Source of the DNA: Octopus bimaculoides
Lineage: Eukaryota
NCBI RefSeq assembly: GCF_001194135.2
Contig: NC_068981.1
Span: forward strand, 170,556,614 to 170,620,613
Direction of reading: 5' to 3'
DNA: 64,000 nucleotides
Part shown: piece after piece, positions 38,848 through 51,551 of the stretch
Numbering within the stretch: position 1 is the first letter of the stretch
Layout: every line of letters begins with the position of its first letter
The notes under the pieces: model-generated
Seen by the model: the letters and a program-made list of their open reading frames with translations, nothing else
What the model was told of the DNA's origin: nothing
The model's database searches: none
Position numbers and translations under genes: made by a program

Positions 38848-40385
38848 TAAATCTAATATTTTCTTATCCTTCTTTAATACCGGTTCACATATACTATTCA
38901 CATCTGCAATCGGTCTGCTTAGAAGGTTGTTGTGTCCTAGCATATGTGCTGCTTTTTTTAGTTTTCGTATTTTCCAGTGATGTTCTCTGTCTATTATTTT
39001 ACCTTCATCACACCGGCGGAGGGGGTCTCCATTTTTCCATACATGATCACCTATACCATATTTTTCAATATATCCTGTTGTCACAGCTTTGGGATGTTCC
39101 TCTGTTATTATTTTGAGGGGCGGCATGTTTCGCATTTGCCTGGCCTACCACAGCTGTATGGGATGAATACACACTGTTTTTGGTCATATTCTCTTCTATT
39201 GGTTGTTTTACTTGAAGGAGATATTTGCCAAGTGTTCCATTACTCTTGAATACTGTTCTGATGTCATATCGGCTGCATATCTTTTGTGTCTTTTCAGAGA
39301 GGCCTTTCGCATTGGGTAGACAGACTGTGGTCAGTTTATCCGTTTCATCATCCCTTTTCTTCATAATTGGAGTGGATAGTATGTTTTGGGGGTAGTTGTT
39401 GCTTAATAGATTGTTATGGAGCTTGATCATTTCTTCATGGTGGGTATCACAATTGCTACTTATATTCTTTGCTCAATCTTTTAGGCACTGAGAAATCCCT
39501 GGATGGTGGGAATTGAAGTTGAGGTATCGTCCAGTGAAGGTCGGCTTGCGGTATACGGATGTCCTGAATCCATACTTAGTGCATGTTTTTAATACGTCCA
39601 GGACGGCAAGCTGATTGTCTTTTCCCTTTTCCATTGTGAACTGCATGGATGGCTTTATTGAGCTCACATGATCTAACAGCCCTCGGACATCTTCCTGATG
39701 GGGCAGAGAATAAAGGTGCCATCAACATATCGCAGCCATAGGGTTGGTTTTAGTGCTGTTGATCCTAAAGCTACATTCTCAAAGTATTCCATGTATATAT
39801 TAGTTATAATCGGTGATAATGGCGAACCCATAGTTAAACCCTCTTTCTATCGATATATATCAGTGTCCATACTGAAGTAGGTAGTTTCTCTACAGAAGGT
39901 CAACATTTCCATCAAGTTTCTTATTGGTATGCTAGTGCATTCTTTTAGATGGATGACTGTCACTAGTTTCTCTTCAATCACCGATAGTGCTTCACCAGTT
40001 GGGACTTTGGTAAACAGACTTATCACATCTAGACTCACAATCTAGTTAGATTCAATGGGCGTATCCTTGATCAATTCTGTGAAGTGGGTGGTATTCTTCA
40101 CGAACTATGTTGACTTTCTCGCTAATGGATGGATTATACCCACAAGGAAGCGGCTCAGCGGATGACATGCCGAACCACTACAGCTCACTATAGGTCATAA
40201 TGGAATACCTTTCTTGTGAATCTTAGGAAGACCGAAGATATGTGGTAGTTTACGGTAGTGTTTAGTCAGTTGTCTGTACTTCATTGGTGGAAAGTGATCC
40301 TTGTTCTTGGTCAAGATCTGTGACAACGTCCTCTCTCTTTTCAGAGTTGGGTCTGTCTTTACTTAGCTGTAGCTACCATCACTTA
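38848..40385 (-). pseudogene. PLE reverse transcriptase + GIY-YIG ORF, 5'-truncated and disrupted
   Basis: VKTDPT..LPHIFGLPKIHKKGIPL*PIVS, SLDVISLFTKVP, MGSP, LRYVDGTF (YVDD altered), TSVYRKPTFTGRYLNFNSHHP, NNYPQNIL, EEH..GIGDHVWKN. Confidence 0.9.
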
Positions 40386-40909
40386 AAAGTCTGACTACTC
40401 GGAAAAATTACCCTATGGGAAAGGCCTCTCCGAAAGGATACAAAAGATATGCGGCACATATGACATCAGGACAGTATTCCAGTGTAATACAACACTTCGC
40501 AAATATCTCCTTCGAGTAAAACAATCAATAGAGGAGACTGACAAAAAACAGCGTGTACTCCATCACTTGCAACTGTGACAGGTTATACAAAGGAGAAACA
40601 TGCCTCCCCCTCACAATAATGGTAGAGGAACATCATAAATCTGTGACAAGAGGAGATATTGGTAAATCGGGTATAGGTGATCATGTATGGAAAAATGGAG
40701 ACCACCTCGGCCGGTGGGATGAAGTTAAAATAATAAACAGAGAACACCACTGGAAAATATGAAAACGAAAAGAAGTAGCACATATACTAGGACACAACCT
40801 TCTAAGCAGACCGAGTGCAGATATGAAGAGCATATGGGAACCGGTATTAAAGAAGGATAGGAAAATATTAGATCTATAAGGCCTTAAAATTCACTCCATA
40901 ATTTTCCAT

Positions 40910-40982
40910 GGGCATATGGCGTAGTGGTTAAGAGCGCGGGCTACTAACCCCAAGATTCCGAGTTCGATTACAAGCAGTGACC
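40910..40982 (+). ncRNA. tRNA-Arg(ACG)-like cloverleaf embedded in the PLE terminal repeat (mirror copy ~38742-38816, minus)
   Basis: 73 nt with A box TGGCGTAGTGG and B box GAGTTCGATT, loop CT-ACT-AA, and the AGATTCC segment of recalled eukaryotic tRNA-Arg(ACG). Stems are partly broken. Confidence 0.65.
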
Positions 40983-41060
40983 TGATTATTAATAATAGTA
41001 ATAATAATAACATTTAAAAATACCTTAGGAATGGGAATCCAGGTTCGAAATTTCTCCAAG

Positions 41061-41100
41061 ACACCTGATGAAGGCTGGAGATTATATCAGATTATGTGTT
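41061..41100 (+). ncRNA. Hammerhead-like motif, broken; complementary remnant in the left arm (38661-38710, minus)
   Basis: Right arm: ACAC-CTGATGA-A-GGCTG..CAG, then GAAA is deleted. Left arm: CTTATGA..CAGCC-GAAA-AG-TT-GTGT. Confidence 0.55.
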
Positions 41101-42658
41101 AACAACAAACAAGATGAGGACAAATTTCCGGCAAATGTAAATAATGTAAATATTGTACATAATTCCTTATCTTTTAAATATAGAACTGTCTTTTCGAGTG
41201 TTTCAATTTGATAACTGTTGACAAATAGTGACTTAAATATATAGGATAACATCATAACATGATTTAGCCCTTCTTCACATGGAATTCCTTGCAGTAGAAA
41301 GCGAGATTACCTTGTGATATTTTCGCATCTGAAGTTTATTCTATGAAGCATAGTTCGCATATAATTTATCATATTCTTTTAATACATAGACTGGAGAGCT
41401 TATAGACTGCAAAACTGAGAATATGATATAAATATACTTTTCTCAAGGCATTGTTAATGTAAATTAATTGAAATCTTTCCACCTGAGAATCAAAACCAAG
41501 ATGCAAACTCGTCTTACTGTGAAATTTATGGTATTGAATTCTGGCACTATAATAACTTGTTATATGTATATAAGTGTATGTATTATAATAAGCTTTCAGC
41601 AATCATTATATGTCATGCATTCTGAATAAAATTTATTGCCCAAAGCAAAATATAGAAACTTCCATGAATAATTACACATGTCGCAATTCTCGATTAGAAT
41701 ATACCATACGTCAGAAATGAAATAATAATGCGAAGAACAATACAGGCGTTATAAATATATCCTACGTAAACTTTTGTGTTTGAAAGTAACTGCAATAATA
41801 CTGAAATATCTACTGTTGAAATATATTTGTGTGTACTTAACTAATGTTAACGAAGCCACACAACAGTACCATCAAAATATTCTCAGTATATCAAACACTC
41901 ACATACGCTGAAGTAATCATTGCAGATCCAAATCGCTAGAAGTCTAGAGAAATGCTTCAGAAATCTCGTTAGGAAGAAAGTGATGCATGATTATTTTGCA
42001 AATATTCATGAATTGATCAAAATAAAATATACAAGACAGCTAGTAGTGTATTTCTCATGTATTTTCCATTTAAAGTCAAATATCAGATTTCGAGATATGT
42101 CGTGTGACACAAAGAAACACCTTAGTAAGATACTGATTGAAACATGAGGAAGTAAAGCTAGTTATAAAGATTAAGGCCTGAAAGCTAATATATTCGGCTC
42201 ACATTCTTACATGGTATTAAAATCTTAATTCTAATATAGATGATAGCCTACGTCAGAATTAACATTAGTAGCGAATCTGAAAATCCGTATCTAATCTCCC
42301 ATCGATGACAATAACTAATTACTTCTACATAGGCATTAATCGATAATGCCTATATCAGTATCTAATTATTTCTATATCTAAACGGACTTACTTCATAATT
42401 AATATCAATATCCATGGAAACATGTTTTATTATAATCTTCCTAAATGCTATCAATACACGAGTGTTGCGATACATGTTTTAGATATTATATCTAATCTAA
42501 CTAATCTAGTGAAACACATCAAATATATTGAAGTAAACGAGCGCACACGGGGACGCATACTTAAAGTAACATATATTCACGCACGCACAGAAACATGCCG
42601 GTGTGTATGAATACATGCATATGTGAATGTATGTGTATGTGTGTGTACACGTGTATGT

Positions 42659-42692
<34 letters not shown>

Positions 42693-42700
<8 letters not shown>

Positions 42701-42819
42701 TGCGCGCGTGTACAATCAGATATACATGTTTGTATACGTATTTTTACATTTCCGACTAGAAAACACCGATGTATATATGCGTAGGTCTTTGTTTATGTGT
42801 CTATTTGAGTTTGTGTGTT

Positions 42820-42866
<47 letters not shown>

Positions 42867-42985
42867 TGCGCGCGTGTACAATCAGATATACATGTTTGTA
42901 TACGTATTTTTACATTTCCGACTAGAAAACACCGATGTATATATGCGTAGGTCTTTGTTTATGTGTCTATTTGAGTTTGTGTGTT

Positions 42986-43024
<39 letters not shown>
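42693..43024. repeat. Essentially identical 166-bp tandem duplication bounded by (GT)n
   Basis: The unit repeats with no visible differences in its unique part. Confidence 0.9.
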
Positions 43025-43031
<7 letters not shown>

Positions 43032-44334
43032 TGTATATATGTGTGTGTCTGTATTTGTGGGTATGTATTTGTGTATCCAAGGAAAATACCCGTGTTTCAC
43101 ACGTTTAGATGTTACTAGAAATGGTTCAAAATAACACCTAATGAAGGCAAGTTCGTTTTACAGGTCACTATTGTATTATTTTGGCATGTTTTCTTTCATG
43201 TAAGTAATGAAAATGTTTTGAAGTATGCGTATGACAGACACATCTTTCGTACTGTACCAATCATTATGCATATGAAATAAGAAAACTTGATGAAGTGAAT
43301 ATGAAAATAAGTGTATTTCATTTGAAACTGTTATTCACCATTGAATATTACATTTCATTCATGAAAATCAAAACATAAATATTGGGGGATGAGACAAAAA
43401 TGGAAATATCATTCTTATATTCATATCCAATACATATCGAAATTTTAGAAAAACCCTGGACATTACAACCTCAATATATGCGGTGCCAAACGCATGATAT
43501 TAAAATCGCGATGACACGCAGCTCCTGTCACCATCACGGCAACGTTTCACCACAATTTACTACAAACGCCAAAATTTTCAATCTCTCTGGCTGTAGCAAA
43601 AGAAACATCAATAGAGGACACACAAATGCAAACACTTATATACTCATATATATANNNNNNNNNNNNNNNNNNNNNNNNNNNNNNNNNNNNNNNNNNNNNN
43701 NNNNNNNNNNNNNNNNNNNNNNNNNNNNNNNNNNNNNNNNNNNNNNNNNNNNNNNNNNNNNNNNNNNNNNNNNNNNNNNNNNNNNNNNNNNNNNNNNNNN
43801 NNNNNNNNNNNNNNNNNNNNNNNNNNNNNNNNNNNNNNNNNNNNNNNNNNNNNATATATATATATATACATTTAATACACAAACACATGCACGCATACAC
43901 ACACACGCACACATAAGCACACGCACGCACATATATAATATCAGCACGTACTCAGTGTGTGTGTTTTGCTTGTTAGCCGGAACGCTGACGTATAATGCTT
44001 TGGGAACGATTCCCTTGTAGCCTTGGATGCTAAAGCACCTAAATCGAGCTTGGGACGAACTGAATCACCCATCTGTCACTATACATAATTACGGTAAGGC
44101 CCCCAAAATGACGAAATATAGATATCCATCGCACCTGAATGGGATTGCAGGCGAGTTGCCTCGCCTCTCTATGACTTTCAATGTTTTATCATACATTACT
44201 ATGAGGAAGTCATCCCCAAAGCGCTATCATGTCGTCGCCACACTATAAACTTCTTTGCACAAGGCAACAGAAGTTACCGTGGCTTGACTAAGAAATTTTG
44301 ATGCTCCGACCGTTTTCGCCCTATTTTGCAGCAC

Positions 44335-44842
44335 TTGAGAGAGCCAAAAATTGGTATGACCAGAAAACCGAAGGCATCGTCAAAAATAGGAATGCAAAGA
44401 TCTTATGAGATTTTATGATTCAGTGCGAGCATGAGATAGATAATAGGATGCCGGACATAGTCTTAATTGAGAAATAAAACAAACTATGGTGGATCATAGA
44501 TACAGCATGCCCAGCTGACAACAATGAATGCGATAAGGAAGAAAGGAAAGTTGAGAGATATGACAGGTTAGGTTGGGAAGTTAAGCAGTTGTGGTCGATG
44601 AAAAAGGTAGCAGTAGCACCCATAATTGTCGCAGCCTTGGGGACAGTGAGCAAAAAATCTCGAGAAGTTCGTGGAACATATAGGGATTCCGATAAAGGTG
44701 GAGCATTTGCAGAAAATAGCACTGCTTGGAACTGTTCGAATAATCCGAAAGGTTCTCGAAAAATAAGAAGTATTACTTTAGTTTACTGGTAGTGAACAGC
44801 TGACACTGTAGTACATCTCCAGCGTTAAAAGCTGTGCAAAGC
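44335..44842 (+). mobile_element. R4/Dong-type LINE 3' end with restriction-like endonuclease domain
   Basis: KNWYDQKTEGIVKNRNAKIL*DF..NRMPDIVLIEK..IIDTACPAD..KVERYDRL..WSMKKVAVAPIIVAALGTVSK..LQKIALLGTVRIIRKVLEK, then a short 3' UTR and (AAG)n. Confidence 0.85.
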
Positions 44843-45649
44843 CAAGAAGAAGAAGAAGAAGAAGAAGAAGAAGAAGAAGAAGAAGAAGAAGAAGAAGAAN
44901 NNNNNNNNNNNNNNNNNNNNNNNNNNNNNNNNNNNNNNNNNNNNNNNNNNNNNNNNNNNNNNNNNNNNNNNNNNNNNNNNNNNNNNNNNNNNNNNNNNNN
45001 NNNNNNNNNNNNNNNNNNNNNNNNNNNNNNNNNNNNNNNNNNNNNNNNNNNNNNNNNNNNNNNNNNNNNNNNNNNNNNNNNNNNNNNNNNNNNNNNNNNN
45101 NNNNNNNNNNNNNNNNNNNNNNNNNNNNNNNNNNNNNNNNNNNNNNNNNNNNNNNNNNNNNNNNNNNNNNNNNNNNNNNNNNNNNNNNNNNNNNNNNNNN
45201 NNNNNNNNNNNNNNNNNNNNNNNNNNNNNNNNNNNNNNNNNNNNNNNNNNNNNNNNNNNNNNNNNNNNNNNNNNNNNNNNNNNNNNNNNNNNNNNNNNNN
45301 NNNNNNNNNNNNNNNNNNNNNNNNNNNNNNNNNNNNNNNNNNNNNNNNNNNNNNNNNNNNNNNNNNNNNNNNNNNNNNNNNNNNNNNNNNNNNNNNNNNN
45401 NNNNNNNNNNNNNNNNNNNNNNNNNNNNNNNNNNNNNNNNNNNNNNNNNNAAATAATAATTATTGTAACCTTCTACTAAAGAAAAAGAATAACAAGAAGA
45501 AGGGGAGTAAAATTAAAAACAAAAATGAGAAGAATATGAATAACAAAATAGTGAGGAAGAAACTTATACTATGCGTGAAAAAAACATTATTGGGTGAGGA
45601 AAATGAAAATGAGAATAAGGAAAATTTGGAAAAAGCTATATGAATCATA

Positions 45650-46373
45650 ATTCCCTTCGCGAAACAATTAAAGACTAATTTTGTTCAATCTATTAGGCAG
45701 ATTATAAATAAAAACATTAACAACATTAGATATGGAAAAATATTTAATGGCAAATATATAAGATTTGGATTCTCTGTTTCCCAAAATCTCTTTAGGATAA
45801 TATCATCGATAAATAACAGAAAACTTGATCAATTCTCCGAAAATAAAAAAAAAAGAAACAGAAACGAATAGAAAAACTTATAACAAAAAGGTAGAAGAAA
45901 ATAGGAAGAACATGCGAATAACTGTAAGAACACCTTCATAGACAAAACGAAATATAATCTGCAACTGAAAATAGTACTACAAATTCCATGGAAAATGAAT
46001 ACTTTAATTGTAAAGGCTCTGAAAGATGTCGTATACCAGGTGACTCTAGCTACCCAGGATAGGAGAAACGGAGAAATGAGTTAAATTTAGAATAGCGAAT
46101 CATGAATCGACATTTAGGGACTAAAATGAAATGCCTAGTACAGAATTATCAAGAAAAATATGGCAACTGAAAGGAAATAAAATTAACTATATAATTAAAT
46201 GGAAGATTTTAGCACACGAACCAAGTTACAAAATTAATAATAAATTCTGTAGATTATGCGTGGAAGGAAACTATAAAATAATGAAAATAAAAAGAAACCT
46301 TATTAACATGAGAAATAGAAACGTACTCTCATGTAAACACATAACCAAGTATCTATTTATTAAACTTAAGTAA
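45650..46373 (+). mobile_element. PLE C-terminal linker + GIY-YIG endonuclease relic (second lineage)
   Basis: KIFNGKYIRFGFSVSQNLFRIISSINNRKL..STELSRKIWQLK..YIIKWKILAHEPSYKINNKFCRLCVE..SCKH..KYL. Confidence 0.75.
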
Positions 46374-46819
46374 AGTATAAATGGGATTTGATGTCAGATA
46401 AAAATTAAAATCCAATTTTAAAACTATATATATTTTTTCATGAATATATTAAATTAATAGCTGAAATTAGGCATTAGAATAGGAGTATGATAGGTAACAA
46501 GAACACTATAAAGGCTAAATAGTCAGGAAAATATAATAGAAATTATACTCAACTAAATTGATTATCACTATATGAATATATTTGATATCAGACAGCATAT
46601 GTATATGTTTATGTATGCATAGATGCATATGTATGCATGTATGCATGTATGTATATGTATATGTTTATGTGAGTATAGAAAAAATGTATACAGGTATATG
46701 CACCTATTTCCAGGGAAGTTTATTTTTATCTATTTGATGCGTTCCTGCTCCATAGCGCTTTCTCTCTCATCGTTTCTCTAATTCTCTTTTTTCCTTCCCT
46801 ACACCATTTTCTATCTGTC

Positions 46820-46963
<144 letters not shown>

Positions 46964-47213
46964 CTCACACGTGACTATCGTCCATCTTTCTCTGCCTCAA
47001 GTGATCATCTTTCTTTTCTTTCAGGACTGTCTTAAGGACAGTACGTATCCTATCTCTCTCTTCTATCTTTTCTTTTGTCAAAGAAAATATTTCTCCAGCG
47101 TTCGCTATTTTACCCTCGTTCGGTTTCCTGGGATATCTCCACTGTCCTGGTTTTGTTCCCAACTTTGACCCTTCATAAATCCCAAATTATATTTTGGTAC
47201 TTATGGGAGCAAC

Positions 47214-48396
47214 TGTCTTTGAAGACTCAGATTGTCATTCAATGCTCGAAATGAGTAGTAGATAGATAGCTGACAACTGAAGAAGTGTCGTTCTTTATGT
47301 TACTTGTCCTGATTTCATTTCTCTCGTTTGTGGATTGAACTCATTTCCTTTCGTATTTCATGTTGTTTACTGTTGGAGACGTCCTGTACCCATATATGCA
47401 TGTGAGTATATATATACATATATATTATTTATATTATTATTTAATTGAACGCCCCGCACCCATTTCCAATAAGTTAATATTTAAAATATCTATATGGTTC
47501 GACTATATTATATGAGAGTTATTATTTCTGGGAGAAAATATGTATGCAAGTATACAGCGATAAAATTAATTCATGAAGAAATAAGCTATGTTATAGGATC
47601 ACAATAATCAATATTGAAATAAATAATTGAAGAAATCCTCTCTATTATATTAGGATTTCTGGACCATGTAGTATACAAATTTATATTATGTTGATGACAT
47701 ACATTCATTTTTTTATGTTGTATTGGTTAATGTAATTATGAACTGTATATATGTGTATGTGTGGTTGATACGTATAGGTGCGCAGTCAGATAAAAAATAT
47801 ATGATTGCATATGCTAGTATGTTTATATATTAAGAAATTAGTGCTTGTTAATAAGCACAGACGTACATGGATCTATATGTGAAAAAATATGTGTGTATGA
47901 GCATATATCAAAAAATATATGTATATGTATGTGAATATGTAGGTATATATTAAATATATATATATATANNNNNNNNNNNNNNNNNNNNNNNNNNNNNNNN
48001 NNNNNNNNNATATGGTGGTTGTCTACTCCTTAAACAGAGTTTGACCACCTCCTGCACCTACACCTTAGCCCTTTCATGGCGTCTGATGTGGCTTTTTAAA
48101 CCAGACAGTGTTTTGAAAAAACACCCACACAGATTGCACCTCTGATTTGCACTACCAATACCTGCAAGTAAGTTCTGCTCATTGTGGATCCTAACATGTC
48201 TTTTAAGACTCAGATTGTCATTCAATGCTCGAAATGAGTAGTAGATAGATAGCTGACAACTGAAGAAGTGTCGTTCTTTATGTTACTTGTCCTGATTTCA
48301 TTTCTCTCGTTTGCGGATTGAACTCATTTCCTTTCGTATTTCATGTTGTTTACTGTTGGAGACGTCCTGTACCCATATATGCATGTGAGTATATAT
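47214..48396 (+). repeat. Near-identical ~200-bp direct repeats (47214-47412, 48197-48396), probable PLE-type terminal repeats
   Basis: Only a few substitutions between the copies. Both end GTCCTGTACCCATATATGCATGTGAG + (TA)n and lie downstream of the GIY-YIG relic. Confidence 0.65.
48010..48190 (-). mobile_element. RTE-type LINE 3' end
   Basis: Terminal C2H2-like QRCNLCGCFFKTLSGLKSHIRRHERAKV*, short 3' UTR, ending at TA repeats and a gap. Confidence 0.6.
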
Positions 48397-49559
48397 GTAT
48401 ATAATGATAAAACTTGTAACTTTATTTAGATTTTATTTTAGATATTAAAGCGTCATATTTAGAATTATAATAATGTGATAATTAGTTATTTAGTTATTTT
48501 ACCAAAAACAATCCCCTATTATTTCCTCTTCGTGACGGAGACAAACTAATGATAACTGGAATTAACAATGGAATCAATTTGAATATAGGTAGGAAATGTT
48601 ATCTCCCCTTATATTGAAAATAATAATATAAGAGTAAGGATTAATACATTGGTTTAAAACATTTTTTAAAAATAATATATATTACTAATACTGCGGAATT
48701 AATATAACAAATAAGAAATTGATGAAATGCATCATTTTATGGAAGCGTATAAAGTAATGACAAGGTAAATAAGTATATTTGGGTTGTGTCAATTACGAAA
48801 GGAATATGCTTATCCAAAAAGTAGGCTTAGAATCATAGAATACAAAAATATATATTTTAATGGGTGATATTTTTAACTAAATATATGAAGCTATTAATTT
48901 AAAGATAATTAATGTAATTAAATAATAGTATTATGAATTAATTGAATTTACTACATGTAAAGAACAGGAAAAACTATCGATAGATCGTATATTGTTGCTT
49001 CTAACTAAAAATATGGCGTTGAAAATGTATATGAGATATGATACATGGCAGTTACTAAAATGTTAAATAGGATACGGTTTTATTTAAAAAATAGATATAA
49101 CCCCTTATATGGTATGTTTTATTGTCCTCTATTACATTTTCGTTCCGTTTTTAATATTTATATATACATATAGCGGTGCATGTACACTTTTGCTCACTTT
49201 GTAGTAAGTATGCATCCAAATTTTGTACGGTTCTCTTACCATGTCTTTAAGTCCCCCTCACACTTTCTTCCTCTTCTCTTTTTCTCGCCCACCTTCACTC
49301 ACATTTCTTGGCTCTCTCTTTCTTTAACTCCTACTTTCCTCCTCATTTATCTCCCCTGTACCTTTTCCTTTGTGTCTTTGATTTTTCTACTCCTTCACTC
49401 CACTTCCCCCTACCACTTTCTCCTCCAACGTGGTCCAGTTTTCGGCCTGCCATGGTCTTTCTTATTTGGCCTGACTACCGACAGCCAAAACCACTTGTGT
49501 TCATATCCTATGTTCCTGCCTTAAGGCTTTCAAATTATACACGCCAGCTAGATTTCATT

Positions 49560-49897
49560 CGTCCTCAGTCGAAATACACCTGTTGTTATATTCTTGGTGT
49601 TCGATTTGTAATGGTGTAACACGTTCTCCGTCATTTGTCTTTGTTGTCGTACATATTCGCTTGCTTTCTTACAAAAAATCGAATGCTCTTAGCTTAGACT
49701 ATATAGGGGCAACCAGATCGAGCAGTTTAAAGTGGAACTGCACGAAAATGTAGGGACGTTTGTAACTTGACGAAAGAAAATCACGAATGAACCGTCCTTT
49801 TTTTTTCCTGTTCCTTTAATTGTTAATTTTCCTGTCCGCCTTGTATCGTCTGCGTGTCCTGATGTTTTGGTGTCCTGTATATAGTTTTTGTCCCATT

Positions 49898-49900
<3 letters not shown>
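49560..49900 (+). mobile_element. Possible further PLE-type terminal repeat
   Basis: Pyrimidine-rich end ..GTCCTGATGTTTTGGTGTCCTGTATATAG resembling the 47-48 kb repeat ends. Confidence 0.3.
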
Positions 49901-49939
<39 letters not shown>

Positions 49940-50892
49940 ATGGATGTATCTTTCTCTACATTAAGTTTTTGAATTTCTGTAGAACGATTAGAAAATATGA
50001 TTCTTTCCACAGTGTGTTGCGTGGTGTGAGTGTACATAGTATATAAATACACGCAGATACACACGCACAAACACACATGGCACTCACACACACATGGATA
50101 TACATATCTGTGTATCTTTGTGTGCCTGTGTTAGTAATATAGTTATATATTCTATGTCCATCAGCGTAGGTACTCTACACTATCTCTTATAAAACATATA
50201 TCCTCAATAATTTGTACGTTTACAAATTAGATATTTTCGACATTTAATGTATTCAGAATATAACAGCGTTGTTGTCGCTTCATACATAACTTGACCTGAG
50301 ATCGTGTGTTAAAATTGCTTCGGTGGAAATGTGATAGCGATGAATCCACAATTATACGCCAAAAATGTTATTACTCGGTGAAATAAACTGAAATTTCAAG
50401 TACATTTAACAGCTGCTTGCTTTATTAGAATGGTTCTTCCGCGAATGAATAATATTTTTACATAGAGATGGGCGCATATGTGGACTATTAATGATTCTTT
50501 GTAAATATTAAGCCTGTTATATGTTGAACGGATACATGGATTTCTGTATCTCCATTTACCTATATATGTGTATATGGCAACAAAAACCGCGTTTACAAAA
50601 TGCGTCCTGAGCTGCTTAGGATATAGATATTGATTCTAAGCATAAATAAAATCCCTTTATCATCAGGAACCAACAAACAATGAGATGTGCCTAAATCTGA
50701 TGACGTGAAATATAAAACCATTAGATTTGTAATAAAGGCATTGATATTAAGACAAAAGCAATATTAAAAACAGTAATATTTGCACTATATACAGGTGCAC
50801 ACTTGCTAAATACAGATTATATGTTGTACAAAATCCTTTTATCTCCATTCATTACATGCGGTTGTTAATATATAGATATGTACATACATAAG

Positions 50893-50956
<64 letters not shown>

Positions 50957-51479
50957 NNNNNNNNNNNNNNNNNNNNNNNNNNNNNNNNNNNNNNNNNNNN
51001 NNNNNNNNNNNNNNNNNNNNNNNNNNNNNNNNNNNNNNNNNNNNNNNNNNNNNNNNNNNNNNNNNNNNNNNNNNNNNNNNNNNNNNNNNNNNNNNNNNNN
51101 NNNNNNNNNNNNNNNNNNNNNNNNNNNNNNNNNNNNNNNNNNNNNNNNNNNNNNNNNNNNNNNNNNNNNNNNNNNNNNNNNNNNNNNNNNNNNNNNNNNN
51201 NNNNNNNNNNNNNNNNNNNNNNNNNNNNNNNNNNNNNNNNNNNNNNNNNNNNNNNNNNNNNNNNNNNNNNNNNNNNNNNNNATAAGAATGCTTATATATA
51301 CACGTACGTAAATAAATTTTCTCTGTATACACACACAAACGTATAAATATGGCATATATACATTGTATATATATATGTAGATGAATATACATAGACAGGA
51401 TGAAGAGAGATAGATGGATAAATAGATAGATAGATGAATAGATACATACATATATGCATGCATAATACATACATAGAAT

Positions 51480-51551
<72 letters not shown>

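Larger units (their letters stand above)
38549..41235. mobile_element. Penelope-like retroelement with inverted duplication of its 3' part
   Basis: The minus-strand copy (40385->38549) has RT, GIY-YIG and terminal repeat. The plus-strand copy (~40386->41235) repeats 39326->38549 in inverted orientation. Confidence 0.9.

Noticed and set aside
40910-40982. Functional tRNA gene (anticodon ACT)
   Set aside because: Acceptor and T stems are broken, there is no long variable arm as expected for Ser, and it is embedded in a repeat in both arms.
42693-43024. Perfect 166-bp tandem duplication as a biological repeat
   Set aside because: Identical and bounded by (GT)n on both sides; most simply an assembly echo or slippage.
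44225-44250. TGGCGACGA (minus) as a second Gypsy PBS
   Set aside because: No LTR borders or gag-like frame adjacent.
46965-47162. Minus-strand 65-aa ORF as a PLE N-terminus
   Set aside because: It is the antisense of a pyrimidine-rich tract, with no recognisable motif.
47214-47300. Hammerhead in the 47/48-kb repeats (CTCGAAA..CTGAAGA)
   Set aside because: Core words are present, but I could not build consistent stems in any topology.
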